A stretch of DNA of 64,000 nucleotides. Source: Raillietiella orientalis (taxonomy: Eukaryota). The notes under the pieces are model-generated. The model had not been told where the DNA came from. It did no database searches and saw only the letters and a program-made list of their open reading frames with translations. The translations under genes and the position numbers were made by a program. Location of the stretch: positions 1,612,001 through 1,676,000 of the forward strand of contig JAYWIR010000002.1 of the NCBI GenBank assembly GCA_036172245.1. The letters run 5' to 3'. Below are positions 39,401 to 53,600 of this stretch, one piece after another. Every line of letters begins with the position of its first letter. Position 1 is the first letter of the stretch.

Positions 39401-42400
39401 TGTCTATGCCGTCCTTTACTTTGCAGTGTAGTTTGTTGGCATAGTTCATACATCTTTTCGTATATCGTTGATTTTGAACTACGTTAATGAGATGTAATTT
39501 CAAGTTTCCTACATCGCCAGCATTGTGAACACCACGATAAGCATTTGGAAAATCATGTGAGCAGTTCATTGAAGTTCTCACATGTACGATCCCTGTTCCA
39601 TTCACAAGCGACCTTTTCGGAAAAAACACTGACGGACAAGAGTGACTTATTCCCATAATGAAAACAGCTTCAAGATACTTCTTCTGTTCCCAAGTTACTT
39701 CTGGCACACCAGTAGGCACAAAGTGCCTACTGGTGTGCCATTCTTGTAAGCAACACTGTACCCTTTCCTCAACTTGTGTACTCAAATATCTGGCGTATCC
39801 AGAAGTTCGATTCTCGACCCTGTGGCCAAATACCAAAGCACCCTTCTTCGAGAGACTGAAGCTTGCTGTTGAAAACAACCAACCACCTTTCCAATATGTT
39901 TTCCACCTCCATTCCTATTTCGACCCCTCTGCTCTCCTCTGTGTCCCCCTTCTCTTTTCTCCATTTCTCCAACACCGGGTTGTCCACGGCGTTGAAGAAG
40001 TTCTGCCATGGGAGTCACGAAACGCTGTAGGGGGACGACGAAGCAAGAGCTGCAGCGCACGAACACAGGTACTCCTGGTGTGTCAAGGTCGGAGCCGCCG
40101 TGTCGTGTGCTCCGCACGCAGAAACCTTCCTTTTTTCTTCGCAGTTCGCTCAAACACTACACGATGTTGATTATTTGAAACAGCACACTGGGGAATGATG
40201 AATAAGACATGCTGGTGTGTACGTATTTGAATTCATAGAGAACTATGGCGCTGTTCCTGAGATCCTGTTGGTCTTCTGACAGTTGTGTCCATGTCGGCGA
40301 GCAAGCAGGATCTCCGCTGTCGCGGGTGCCACTTTCCTTGGGTCAGATGTGGAGTAAGAGGGAGAAAGCACAGTAAAGGACTCCTCCAAAGGTGATTGTT
40401 CATCACAAAGGAAAAGCACCCCACGTTGATGAAACGCAAATTTGATTTCCTTGTGGTTCGCTGAGTTCAATGGTGGCCGAAGTCATGCCACAGGTGTGGT
40501 ATCACACCTTCAGCCACACCACCGGTGTCATCCGTAGGCGGTGTCTGTGGTAGGCATCCAGAAGGCGAACGGTTCTCTTTCCCGTTACGCGAGATGTAAC
40601 TCCTGTCAGCGAAAAAAGCCTGGTTGTCAGTGGGGTGTCATCCGGGAGAAGATGCGGTCATGTTGGAAGTTCCTTTCCGGCGTCTGGACTTTGCCAAATC
40701 CCGACCATCGCGGAAACCCATCCAAGCCTCGATCCGGACAACGCGGGCGGGACACGGTCACGAGGAACTTCCCCACCTGTCCCCTTTGGATATGCATCCG
40801 AAGGGAGAGGCGTGTGGAAAAGACAGGGCACTGATCTCCGTCAAAGGGTTCACGAGCACCCTACCCACTCATGGAACGCCAAGAGTGACGGAAGATCCCA
40901 CCCCCCCATTTCCTGAAGGTCAGAAGACAAGGGAGGAAGGTCACGAGATCACGGGGAAGTGAGACTTTCGTGTCGTTCCCGGGAGACTTCGCGGAGCCCG
41001 CAAGCAAGCGAGTGGGCTTCGACTAACGCTCATTCCCACTTTGGATGTCAGGATCATCCGAGAGAGAGAGAGAACAGCTAGGGGGGAGGGCAGAGACACA
41101 TGGATCAGCGATGAAAGCTAAAACAGCAAAGACACTCGTGAAAAGAGGGGAACGGAAAAGAGGACGCGATGACCGCAGCCGAGCTCTTTCTCCTCACCTG
41201 ATGAGTTCTCGCCGTCATGTCCAGAGCCAAGCAGTAGCCAGCAACGTTCTCAAGGGCATCTTTGGTTGATATCTTCGAGCAACGGCTGCCCATCACGATG
41301 CCAAGCTCGATTTCGTGGTGCACCTCCTCGCATTCCGGGGGGATCTTCGGGATAGACAAAAAGGGAGAGGGGAAGATATGAAAAAGGACAACACCGGCCG
41401 CCCCGCTGAGCACACAGCCAGGCCACGTCCTCGCCCACAAGCACCGAAAAGACAACGGGCAGCCGTGAAAGGACGGCAGGAGTCTCCAACGAGGACGACG
41501 ATCCTCTCGTCCTTTCGTTCACGCATGCGCATACCCCGGTCCCGCCTCCGCTCGCATTCGCTTCCCGGAACACGAAGGATGCCGGAGTCTTGGGAAAGCG
41601 AGGGAGGGAACTGTCCGGAAGAGTCCCCGAGGGTCTGGAAGATGAGCAAGCTGCTAGCTGAAGATGCAGAAGCGAAGGAGGGGAAAAGGTTCGGATACAA
41701 GAGTGCCTTTTTCATCTTCCCCACGCACTCACGCACGTGCCTCGTGAACCAGCGGGCGCCAGCCTGTGCCCGCTGGGGGAAAAAAAAAAGGGGGGGGGGA
41801 TGGCAGCAATCGAAGGGGGTGGCGAGCCTTTCCCGGCAGACTGCGGTCGCCTCCAGGCGTTCCTCTCTCGAGGATAAAGAAATGCTCGGACCAAAGCCAA
41901 GGAAGATGGCCGAGGACGCCCACACGGTTTCGCGGGAGACTCTCCTCTCCTCGTGCACGCTGGACCGGTTCTCTGCGTGAAGAGTGTAGGAAGGAAGAGA
42001 GGGCGAAAAAGGAGAGGGGAGAAGGGGAGGAGCTGGCGGCACCTCTAATCACGGAGGATTCCCGAAAACCACGCGTCCTTCGGAACGGATCAATAGGCTA
42101 GAGGACGACGCGCTGGAGCCCGCGGCAGGAGTGCGGCAGTAGCAGTCGAGTGTGCGGGTGAGGAGTGAGGAGTCCAGCATTCTGTCCACTTCCAGCATCT
42201 GAAGATCAAGCCTCTTCCTCCTCCGGCGATGACGACAAAGCGCTTGCAGGGGTCGCGCGGATTGTGAGCTGCTCCTGCTGCTCTCCCGCGGAAGTCGGGT
42301 GGACAACCCTCCTCCTCCCCCCCTCCCCCGTCCCATCACCCTCCGCGGTTTCCCTCCACGAATTTTTGGGAAACAGCGGGAGGAATTCCAGGAGGGTGCG

Positions 42401-45400
42401 ATGTGCGAGGGATGGGGAGAAGGAAGGGGAAGGACAGGGGGATAGACCTTCCTCCTCCTCCCTCCTCTGTTGCCATCCTCAGATGCCAAACGCTGCAGCC
42501 GCCCCCACCCCTCAACCCGAGTCGTGATACGGGCGACGGCGAAGTGGCAACCAGGAGGCCCCTCGCATGGATGCCGACCGATCACGGAACGACCCAACAT
42601 ATCAGCGAAGGGGGGAGGCGAGCGAAGCGGGTGGCATAAAAACGGCGGGTGGAGGTAGCGGCGAGGAAGTTCCGCGACAGCGCGATCGCTACAAAGACCT
42701 TTGGTCACCTGCGCACCCACACCTGCGTTGTGTTTTCTTGTTCCCCTTTCCTCCCTCCCCCAATCTGGCACGAACAAGGTCGGCGGAAGTTCCGACGGGA
42801 AGCGCGGAAGTCCCTCGTCCCGCTTCGGGAAGGATCGAAAAGAGTCCTTTGGAACCCCTGAGCTGCCCCACCTAACCAGCGCTTCACTCCCTCCGTCCTC
42901 CTTTGTGGCGTCTCTGCGCAACGCCATCACTCTTCGTGGGCACTTCCTCCCTCGGAAGGAGGAAGAGGGGGAGGGGCCGTGGAGGGGAAATCCGAACATC
43001 AGACCGGGGCCGCGCGAGTGTCCGGAACGTTCCAGATTACAGCTGCGACGTGACCCCGTTCACGTCCACCGACGCTCCCCAAAGTGCAGGTGCACAAACG
43101 TCCATACCGATGCATACCAGGATGGGACTGCCCTCAGATATAAACGAAGATGTGGGTTTCAGAAAAAGTAACGGTTTCTCAGGTGTTGGATTACCAAGTT
43201 CCACCGCATGGCTCCTAGAACATAACAGATCATGGGATCAGCATCACATCGTTTATTAAAATGCAATGGGGGAAGGGGGGGGGGAAGGGGGAGATCATCG
43301 TCAGAAACACGCTCCTCACGTCATTCCTCGCTCGCTCACAGTGACAGAAAATTCAGGATGATTAGGAAGTCGAAATCCGACGTGTCGGCGAAGATGCACG
43401 CATGCATGAAAAATGACGCAATCACTCTTTAAGAAGGCGTGAAAAAATTTTTCGGTTCTCCTTCTCTTCCTGAAATTCACTGCGCACACTTTCCTGTCAC
43501 TTGCTGATGACTAATTAGTATCATATCATCTGTGCTGAGGAATTTCTGACAATACAAATGTCTCTCCCTAACAAAAAACGTGTGGGTCCCATTCTGAGTG
43601 ACTTGACAGCGTGTAAATAGGAAAAATCCTTTCTGCTGGAATGAAAAAAAAAAGAGGGGAGGGGGGGGGAATAGAAAACAGCGGCGAGCAAACTCACGTG
43701 TGGTACATAACTTGTGAACCGAATTCCACAAGAAACCTAACATTTATTTCCCATTTTCCAGCACGGTGGTAGCAGTCATGTCGCATCGTTCGACGTACTT
43801 GTACACCCGACCGGAGTTCTGAGTTTTTGTAACGAACAGTTGTGGTACACTCATTAAACCATTCACACTGCTAGCTTAAACTAAAGGATACTGAAGAATA
43901 GTCCAAGGATCAGAAAGATCCTTGGACTGACCCTGGAAAATTGATTTCTCTGGGTTCGGTTCAGGATTCGTCGGAACCTTCGGCTATAATTTCCATAAGA
44001 TATACCTGAGACCTTCGTTACTTTCAAAGTCCCCGTTGTGGAGGGTAGCGAACATGAGGATCCTGTGATGTAGTTCTGTGGGCTTGAAATAGCCTTCAAC
44101 CTCGTCAAGACGCAGTTTCAGCATGAGGCCGAACCATGTTTAAGAGTTTTGCAGTGATCTTTCTGGATCGGCATGTGCATCTCCAACGAGAAGTTACTCC
44201 TTCCCTCTAAACATCACCAGATTTTCGAAATAGAGATGGATTTACTCTCCTACTGTGGGTAAGCGTATTTTCGATTCAGAAACGGATGTAAGAATAAACG
44301 GATGGAGACGCACAAAGATGTCTGAAGGACAGGTATGCATCGCCAGACAAGATTCATTCCGCATTCGGGTTCAGGTCATGATGCCAATCTCGAAAGTCAA
44401 CACATCTCCAGGTGAATACCTCAAAAACCGATCATCCGCCCTCGTCTCATCGGGAATTATGAACAAAATTGAAGAACTAGGAGATCTCTGAATTGTCGAA
44501 TCACGACCTGCGCAGATTCGTTCACGGTGCAAATTCCTGTGAGGGTTCCTTGTCTGGAGTCTTGCGACTAAAGCAGCAAGCAGTTGGGGCTCTGCATCTT
44601 GCTGTGAGGAATGCACGCTGTTCAACGCCGTCACTGTCACTAAGATCAGTGTCGACGCTGTCGCTAAGATCGAGATTATGGGGTCAATATTCCATGTTCT
44701 CTTTGCACTCGGGGAGTCCTTTGCAGAAAACAAAAAAAGTTACTTCCAAAAGGAGGAGAAATCATGAAGCTGCATCAGGTCGTTCAGTACCTTGCATGCT
44801 GGAGTTTCTCAGAGGCTTGCACTTACCCTTGAGATCCCACGAATGCGCACGCGCGTGATGCGCCCAAAACATTTCGAAAAATGCAAAAAAAAAAAAAAAA
44901 TGTCTACGCATACATGTAGATATTCTTTCCCTACCGACTCCCTTTCGAAACCTGGGATGTTCGGGAAAGTGGCACAAACTTACAAAAATGTGCCTCCTAT
45001 GCTTAACCATTCAACCACTTCCTTCCGGAAAGGAGTCGCCTTTCGCTTCTGTTTCTCAGCCACTTCGCTTTCCATTTGAAAAAGTTGAAATTTCTACTTT
45101 TTCAAATGGTAGCTGCTTTGTTCCCAGAATAGTTGCGAAGATGCCGTAAAGATTTTATCATATATATATTTTCAATAGGAAAAGTGGAAATTCTTGTATG
45201 TGATCACTCGAATAAAAACGGGCTGAAGAAGTGTTCCGCCCAGATTGAGATATCTGGAGCCTGGTGTTACCATCTTCATATTGCTTACAATTCAACGTTC
45301 GCTTTATTCCTGATACTTATGTGGCTTATGGAGATATACCCTTTGTTTTTTGTTTTTTTCCCTTATAACTGTTTCTTTATCACAAACCGCAACCCATCGA

Positions 45401-46776
45401 TCACAATTTCAGTTCTCAGCACCAACTTCCACAGCACCGCAATTACAACGACAGTTTTTTCAGCCAAAAATCAAAATCAGATTCTCTACCGTTATGATAT
45501 ACCTGGGAAATTTCGTTTGGTCCAAAAACTTTGGGTACATCGGTTGCTAGGCCTTGCAGTAGGCCATGGCATTTAAAGAGTCTTTAAATGTGGAAAGGGA
45601 GGTAAATAACTCTACCTTATGCAAAACTGGCCACGCATCACCCCACACTTGACAGCATTGAATGTTTTTGGAAATGATGCCTCCTCATTTTGAAAACGTA
45701 TTATTTGTGACAGTTATTATTATTATACCATACTAACGCATCAGATGTATGATACAGATGACTGAACCGTGATTTTCAAAATATACTGTGCGCTGATGCT
45801 TTAATTACTCAACTTCATGAGACTAATCAATAGTTCCAATATTAATAAATAATAATGAAAACGTGCATTTATGTTGCATAATACATGAACACTAGCACGA
45901 GAACGACGGTATACTTGAGGCTCGTTTTTCGTATTAACGAATGTTAATGCATGCTATCCATCTGTTTATGTATGCTATAGATAAATAAATAGTGAAAACA
46001 ATTCCAAGATGGTAAAAAAGAAAAACGTGACAAAGAAAGCAGAAAGACATGGTAGATGAGGGGGGACGACGAGCAAGACAACTTATTAGCTCGCTTCTCA
46101 TTCTACAGAAGTCGTGTGTTTGTCTTCTGACCATTAAGAAATAGTTAGAATAGAGCAATGCCATTCATAATAGTTAAAAAGGTGCTTACAGAGCTATCAG
46201 CGTATGCCCACGTTCACACATCTCATTCGATCTTTTTTCTTCATGGGAGGACTGCTTTTAACTTCTATTATAAGGAAAACCGGGAACATTACAATCATTT
46301 GTTTTAAAGACAGTTTTTTTTTTTGCACAAATAAAAGCGACCGGTTGAAGCCGAAAGTGATTAGTCACTCATGTTAATCAACACGCAACACCAACACATA
46401 AAAGACATAATCAAGACAGCACCTTATTTCAATAATTTTGGTTAATCAAGGCCAAAGATAGATTTTTTTTTTTTTTAGAAAAAAAACAAAAACTATAAGC
46501 ATTCCTACAAAGTCAACAGGATGTACGGATTCTATCTATAAAGCTGATTATATAATACATCATTTTACTTCTGGAGAATGTTCTTGAGAGAAAATAAAAT
46601 CCCCATCGGGAGCATACATGCAGCTCTTTTGGTGTATTACAGTAATCGTTTAAGATCTTTGCTTCCGTTGGATTGTGTAATGGTATCAATTTTCTTACAA
46701 ACAATACTTACTTATAATTACGTCCCACTCCTACAATTTTTCTACCTATTTCTGCAAATCGTAAGGATGCCGCCAT
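36489..46776 (-). CDS. FAHD1: FAH-domain protein 1 (acylpyruvase/oxaloacetate decarboxylase); exons 46712-46776, 43118-43214, 41198-41344, 36489-36833
   Basis: Four exons splice in frame at GT-AG junctions: MAASLRFAEIGRKIVGVGRNYK / SHAVELGNPTPEKPLLFLKPTSSFISEGSPIL / IPPECEEVHHEIELGIVMG...GYCLALDMTARTHQ / VEEIKSGYSWTLGKCFD...PGDVILTGTPEGVG. Confidence 0.93.
39384..40240 (-). pseudogene. Decayed partial duplicate of CCDC142 exon 1 inside FAHD1 intron 3
   Basis: 40148-40216 aligns ungapped to 35998-36066 with about 10 mismatches in 69 nt (IIPQCAVSNNQHRVVFE vs IISQCAVSNNQHNVVFE), with a frameshift next to it. Similarity further downstream is weak, so the lower boundary is uncertain. Confidence 0.65.
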
Positions 46777-47556
46777 TCTACACGTACACAACCACCATTC
46801 AAGCCATCGCCATTGGACTGATCAGCTCGGGCGCCACCAAACTCATCACGTGGACCACGTACACACAGCAAACGTACACAAAGCTAACCATCAATTGCTC
46901 AAAAATCCTGAAAACGTGTACAGGACGCGGTCAGTCAGCATGTGACGCAATGCACTTTAAGTTTACAACCTTCTTATCCAACGTCCTGCAGTTTTTCAAT
47001 AAGCTTGCGTTATTTGGCTGTCCAATTAGTCGCATCCGATCACCAATATCAAAAAGGAAAATCGGTATTCACCTAAATGCATTTTCGCTTGTCAGCAAAG
47101 GGTGAATTTTTGTACCGGATTCGCCAAACGGATACCTAAGCGAGAGGCAAGACCTTGGGAAACATTCAGCACATATGATATTTCCGTTTGTTTTGGGTAA
47201 CTGTTCACACATTCAATATACTGGCATTGTGTTTTTCCTATTCACTGAGGTTTTGGAATTTATGTGGTTCACTTACCCGGTGGAGAATTAAGACTTTCGC
47301 TACACTAAACTTCATGAAACTAATCAATACTACATTTTTTGCCATATTTTCTAACCAGTACTTAAAATGATTTGGCATTTATTAGAAATTCACATGGTGG
47401 CGATGCAACGAATAAGCTAACAGCATCCACCTGAATGCGTTTCGTAGGTACATGGACTATCAAGAAGACAGTAATCAGTTTTCCATCAATTTGTGGAGGC
47501 ATCACTGGCACACCCTCAGACCCTTATAAAGTTTACTTATGAAATAGTATTCACAA

Positions 47557-50500
47557 TCATTTTAATAGATCCCCTAAAAAAGGATGCTCATCTTGCTGAG
47601 CAGGAGGAGCTTGCATCTGTGATCTTCCTGCTATTTGCTGCTGGTGTAGTAGCAGTTGCTGCCGATAGTGCTGCTGTTGTAATAATGTCGCAGCTGACTG
47701 TCCCGTAATTCGTGGACCAAGCTGCTGTCTGCGCTGCTGTAATTGATGTTCCTGTAAGAATGAAAGAGTTACTTGAAAAGGGCCATGCTAAATACCTGGG
47801 CCTGCTTCAGCTGCTGTTCTCTTTGCTGTGCTGCTTCAAGTGAATGTTTCAATTGCAACTGGAGTTGTTTATTCCTTTGCATTTCAGCTTCAATTTCAGC
47901 CTGCAACTGACTGTTGGAGGGATGACCACTGCCACTAAGCACAGATGCTGCTGAACTGGGGAGCTTCATGATAGTTCCTGAAGAACTTTGTGAAGTTCCA
48001 GAGACTGCTGAGCTCACATTCCCAAGAGTTGGTTGACTAACCACAGATGGAGCAGTGGACAAAGTGGTTGTATTGACCAAACCGGAACTTGCACCAGGAA
48101 TAACTGGTACATTAGCATTGGATAAGGGTACTGTAGATCCAGTTGAAAGCTGACATATACAAGAAAAGCACAATCCATAAGCCTGATTGCTACTACACAT
48201 AAACCTACCATCATATTCTGTTTCATTCCTTGAAGCTGCTGGGCCCTTTGTTGTTGAATAATTTTCTTCACCCTGTCCATAAATCCATTTTGATCATTTG
48301 GTATAAAGCCATGGTAAGATTGCTTGTCTGGACTCAGAATAAGCATCAGAATCTTGATATCACAAACAGGACTATTTGGCAGCATTGTGAAGTGCACACA
48401 GCCCATCTAAGACAACATGATAAATCTCACACATCACTATTGGATTCACGCACATAACCACTATTCATAACTCTGAACAAGCACTCCAATGCATCACATG
48501 GTGCAAAATGGAAAATGACATTACGTGCACTCTTAAAATGGTGAGAGCCCAATGTACTGATAAGCTGCTTGGGAATAAGCTGCATGACAAGCACTGAGGG
48601 CCAGCCATCTGCTTTGCTAATAATACTCGAATTTTTGAGATGCTTTACTAACAAAACTGACTTACACATCTGGTTCACAGTCTGTGCCACCACAGGTCAC
48701 TTTGCAAGGTACCTGCCTAGCTATTTTTGGCTCAGCAGGATTTGCACTTTTTTCAGGCCACTCCAGCTTTCCTTCCCAAATTGTGTGACGTTTTGGAAGA
48801 GATGATGATGGTTGCTTTGGAGCAGTCATGATAGCAGTTGGATTCACAGTTGGCAAGGCAGATCCGGCAGTTGTTCTAGAACCTGAAAAATTGAAACTGA
48901 ATCTCTTAGCAAACTGAAAAAAGGGCTGCTCCAAAGGACCTCACCAATAGTCTGATTTGCTGATGGCTGATTTAGCTGATTCACCAGCTGTGAATGTAAA
49001 GTTTGGGCAGCACTGGTAGTCTCTGGCTGCATCATGTGACTAGCAGATGGCCATCGTTGCTGTGTTGGCAACAGATTCCGAATATTAGGAGGAGCAGCTG
49101 TGCTAGCTGTGCCTGTAACTGTCTGTGTAGGTAGAGATGTCTGTAACTGCCCCCGAAATGCTGTGACAGCTGGAGCTGTGACAGTCACTGTAGCTGCTAC
49201 ACATGTGGCAATCTGAAGGCTACTTGGGGCTGAAACCATGCCAGACTGGATTGCTGGCTGAAGAGCTGATGGACTAAGGACACGTTCCTGTAAACTATCA
49301 AATTCTCTAAGTTAACAAACAATTGTAGCATGCCATCAGTGTAAAGATTGTTGCATAATACTGCTCATCAAAAAGAGAGCATCTCAAATATCCGTTCAAT
49401 ACATCATCATCTGGCAAACATTCAAATTAACTTACCTATAGCCACTGAGTAAAACTAAATGACGGGGATCTTTAGCATAATGCTTGCCTTGCATAGATAC
49501 TAGATCTCCTCCAGCTTTTTCAAATAATTTAATTAAGGATGGGATTTTCCTTGGAGAAATGATGGACAGTTTTACACCTGTCTAAAGACATCCTTAATAG
49601 GGGTACGTACAAAAATTCCTTACCTCTTTCATGACTCCTGCAAGATCATGGGATGAATAACCTCGATATTTCATGCACTGCTTTACAGGAATCTGATATG
49701 GGGATGAATTGCATACCATAATGCAATGTTTGTTAGGTTTTATTTCCTGTTCTCTTAGAGATGCTAGGTCATCAAAATATTGTAACACGCTACCTAAGCC
49801 TTCAGCATGATGCGAAAGTGTTTGTCCTAAACCTCCCACAAATCTACATGAGGGTTAATATGTTCAAATGACATATTTTCTTTTACAATATGCTATCCAG
49901 AATTTCCACTACTTTGTCAATAGTTGTAAATGGACCTGCGGACCTGACCAAAGGATATGGATATGCATCTTCTGGTCCAAAAACAATAACACCATACAGT
50001 GTACACAGCTTCTAGACAATTGAAAATAAATCTAAAAATCTAATCAAATGCAAACATATGCCAAACAATATTCTTAATAACTATGAATAAAAAACTAATT
50101 GTAATAACAATTAAGTAAATATTTTTTAAAATTCTCTATTAAAGATGAAATTACTTATCATTACTTAATACTAGATTTGAACTTCGCACTGCATCATAAA
50201 TATTTCTGCTAGAGAACAAAGATATTTGCACCATTTGAGAATAAAGTACTGTAAAGAACAAGATATTTGTACATGAAAACTACAAATAATATTCACCTTA
50301 AACCAGTAGTGCAGTTCTGGAGCTGGTTCACCATTAAAATACCTATTGTATAAAGAATGAGTAGTTTAGCATGCTAATACAGAAAAGGGCTTTCAATACT
50401 TTCAATGCAATATATAGCAAACAAAATTTAAACTACACCTCAATTTTCATCTGTGAAGTTACATGTACACGTAATTTCTATTTTTGAATGCAGATAGCAA

Positions 50501-50626
50501 AAAGTGCACATTAACTTACTCTAATGTTGGAATTACATAATTGTTTTTCAAATCCTGGATATAGGCACCAACTGCAGCTGATCCTTCTACTAACAGTATG
50601 ACATCTGATATGTTGGGTGCAATCAT
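47557..50626 (-). CDS. MED25: Mediator subunit 25 (VWA domain, one ACID domain, Q-rich tail), multi-exon
   Basis: [87 protein letters not shown] and [10 protein letters not shown]. Stop at 47557-47559. Confidence 0.95.
49331..49416 (-). ncRNA. Intronic box C/D snoRNA candidate
   Basis: Minus strand reads TGCCA-g-ATGATGA (box C)...TTGA (D')...TGATGA (C')...CTGA (D)-TGGCA, giving a 5-bp terminal stem over 86 nt. It lies in the sense orientation inside an enlarged (~150-nt) MED25 intron. Confidence 0.75.
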
Positions 50627-53600
50627 GTTACATAAGATAGGTTTCGCACATTGACTACATGCATCTCCAACAGAATGTTAAAAATCTGAATGTCAGCTCC
50701 AAATTTCACGTATGCACCTGCTTTCGCTTTCTGGTCATGTTAAAATTTTTGAATCATATAAAATCCAGGTAATCATAATTATATCTGGAACACGAAAACA
50801 TCCGATCATAAATGCATAAAACAAGAAATCTCACTGAGATTGCTATACAACAACCTACTCGGGGAATAAAATCCAAATCTGATATATACATCCGCATTCA
50901 ACGAACGGCCTTGCGACAATTGGCAATCAACGAAACATATGAGCAAATCGAGACCATTCTTTTTTAACTAAACTACCTACAATATTTTAGGGACTTCTGA
51001 TTAACAAAGTGGGGGTCTATTTAAAAAAATTGTAGAAAACTCCTGTAACATAAAAGAAATTTTCCGAACAACGCAACCTGTAAATAAATTGGAAAAAAAA
51101 GTGCATGACAATATTCTCGTTACTGAAATTTGAAATCAAACAAGTCGAACACGAAGGGCATCACGGATCCCTAAACCCGGCAATCTCAAAACTATCACAC
51201 ACTGTCACAACAACCTCGTGCTAAGACGAAGGGAACTCAGAAACACACAATTCTGACAATTTCTTCACACCAGAACCGTTACGGCTAAAAATTTTTCATG
51301 TTTCCCGAAAAACTGTTAAACTATTTCGTTGTGAAACTACAGGACGAACAAAATATCCCATTTCTTTGATGCTATCTGACACTGGGTTGGCTACCCTTTT
51401 AGTCGAAGATAGATGATACATCTCACCAACGTCTTGAGCGCCATTCTACCCAATTTGTACAGTAAGTGCCTCCCTCTCACTAAACTATTTGTTTCTATTC
51501 CTTCAAGCACGTTCTGTTTCTTCTACATCACCACGTTCAACATGTACAAGACATTTCATATGTTTCACAAGGCTAAAATAAAAATCTGCGGCCCTAGATA
51601 TGTATTTACGGTTACTTCTATATCTGAATTTGTAGAGCAGATTATTTTCGTAAGAAATTAATTCTTTTTATGATCTTTTCATTTCACATCTAAAATTGAT
51701 GCAAATATTTCCTTAAAAAATTAAAAGGAATAATGAACAAGGAATTATCCCAAATTTAAATTTTCCAACAAATTGAGGCTCCAATTAAAAACAGAATTCA
51801 TGAGCAACGATATTTCCGAACACAGTTGCATCTTATCTAATATACTTATCATTAGAAATTTTATCAGAAACCAGTTTCTTTTAAATCAGAAATATTCAGA
51901 GGTCGATCGCTTTTGTGTTAAACGAGAACGAGAACGAGAACAATCGAGAACCATTTCTTCCACGATGAAATGGTTCTAGATTGAACATTGTGCTCTTTTA
52001 TACGAATTCTTTTAAGTATTTAAGTAAGCTTTACTACAGGAAACTTAGGATTTCGGAAAATAATGACCTAAATGATTAGGATAACTTTTTAATATTTAGA
52101 CTGGATTCGTTTTTAATTTATTTGATGTAGATTTCCACTCATGTAGTCAGATTTATTTAATTCCAAGATAACTGTAGAAAGTATGAAGGCTTCAAGCGCG
52201 AATAAAAATCTTAAAGAGCTCCGGACATGCACGGAACATTTTTTCTCCTGCTCTGTCAGTTAGAATAGAATTGGCGACTTTGAAAACGAAACCAATCATA
52301 AATTTTTCGTGTTTTTCAAATAGCAAATAATTCTACAGACGTTAGGATGCAGATTTAGGAAAATGATAGCATGCGAATTAACATTGTATGGAAAACTTTC
52401 AGTTATCTCTCTGCTTACTGAAGCAACCATACAAGCCAATAGATGCGTGAACAGTTGTGTAAGTTTCTGGGTTCTTTTCCGGATATAAAGATGAAATTAT
52501 GAAACATCTCAGATAGCTTGTTTTTTAAAATTTCAATTATTTGAATAGAAACAGGAATTTAGTGATATTTACATGGTACAAATGTTTAAACACACCTTTC
52601 TACCACCATGAATTGATCACCAATTGCTATTCGATTTTTTTTCCCAAGGAGACAGAAGATATAAATGAATTGTGAGATTTGCTTCCTTCACCACGGGAAT
52701 AGAAACAAAGAGACATATTAGTTTCAAATTGGTTTAATTTTTTAAACTTCAAGTTTCTCTGTAAAGGTCTTTGGTGTTTAAACAATACATAGGTATACAC
52801 GTGACCTTTTGATAAGAACGATCGAGAATAAAGAAGAAAGATTAATAAATGAATGAAAATTTTCATGACGCTCTTTTTGTCCAAAGAAGCAATGGAAATC
52901 AAATGTCCAACGTTTAAACAATTGCAGTCACTTCTCATACTGAAGAAGGATAGTCCATTGAACTTCTCTTTAGCAGACTTCCGTATCCTTTGGAATCTTT
53001 AGCCAGGTGACACCATCCAATTTCATTTGGATAGTTGAACTCACATGAGCAATTAATAATTTACAGAGAAGCTCTGTAAATATTACTTTATTAAGGTAGT
53101 CTCTTAAAGCTCTGTTGGAAACCCCTCAAGTTGTTTTAGGTTTCCAAATTCAAGTTTGGTGGTCTTACAGATTCCATTTGTATCTAGATTCAAGATATAA
53201 GGTTGAAGCAGGCCAATAGCAATTCAGCATTACTTTTAAGCAACCTTTCAGTTCACATACTTAATGGATGTGTTGTCCGCCTTTACGTTACCCTCTGAAT
53301 CTTTGCGAAACACTTACAACTTTGCCCTACTCTAAAAAAGCTTATTTTTCTGTTAACAGATAACTATTTGAAAAGAAGTTGTGAAAATTCTGTATATTCT
53401 CTGAATCGTTCCTCATTATTTGTAGGTAATGTTTTTCTTGGATTCTGGTTCATCCAGAATCTAGGCGATTGATGTCTACGCCTTCTGTTTTTCTCTTATT
53501 AATTGTGTTTCTCTCGGTAATCATCCTTCTCTTATTATTTGTCTTCCTTGCTTTTTTTCGGTCTCAAGTCAGTGCACATCCACTCAGATACCTAACATGG

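Noticed and set aside
41293..43259. Long overlapping ORFs (221-316 aa) on both strands in the GC island
   Set aside because: Low-complexity R/P/G/S translations are expected from high GC. No domain is recognisable, and the real coding parts are two small FAHD1 exons.
46578..47105. 175-aa plus-strand ORF
   Set aside because: It is antisense to FAHD1 exon 1 and its upstream region, and has no recognisable homology.
49950..49960. ATATCCTT U12-type donor motif on the minus strand
   Set aside because: It lies within a MED25 coding exon (PYPL) that is flanked by normal GT-AG introns.
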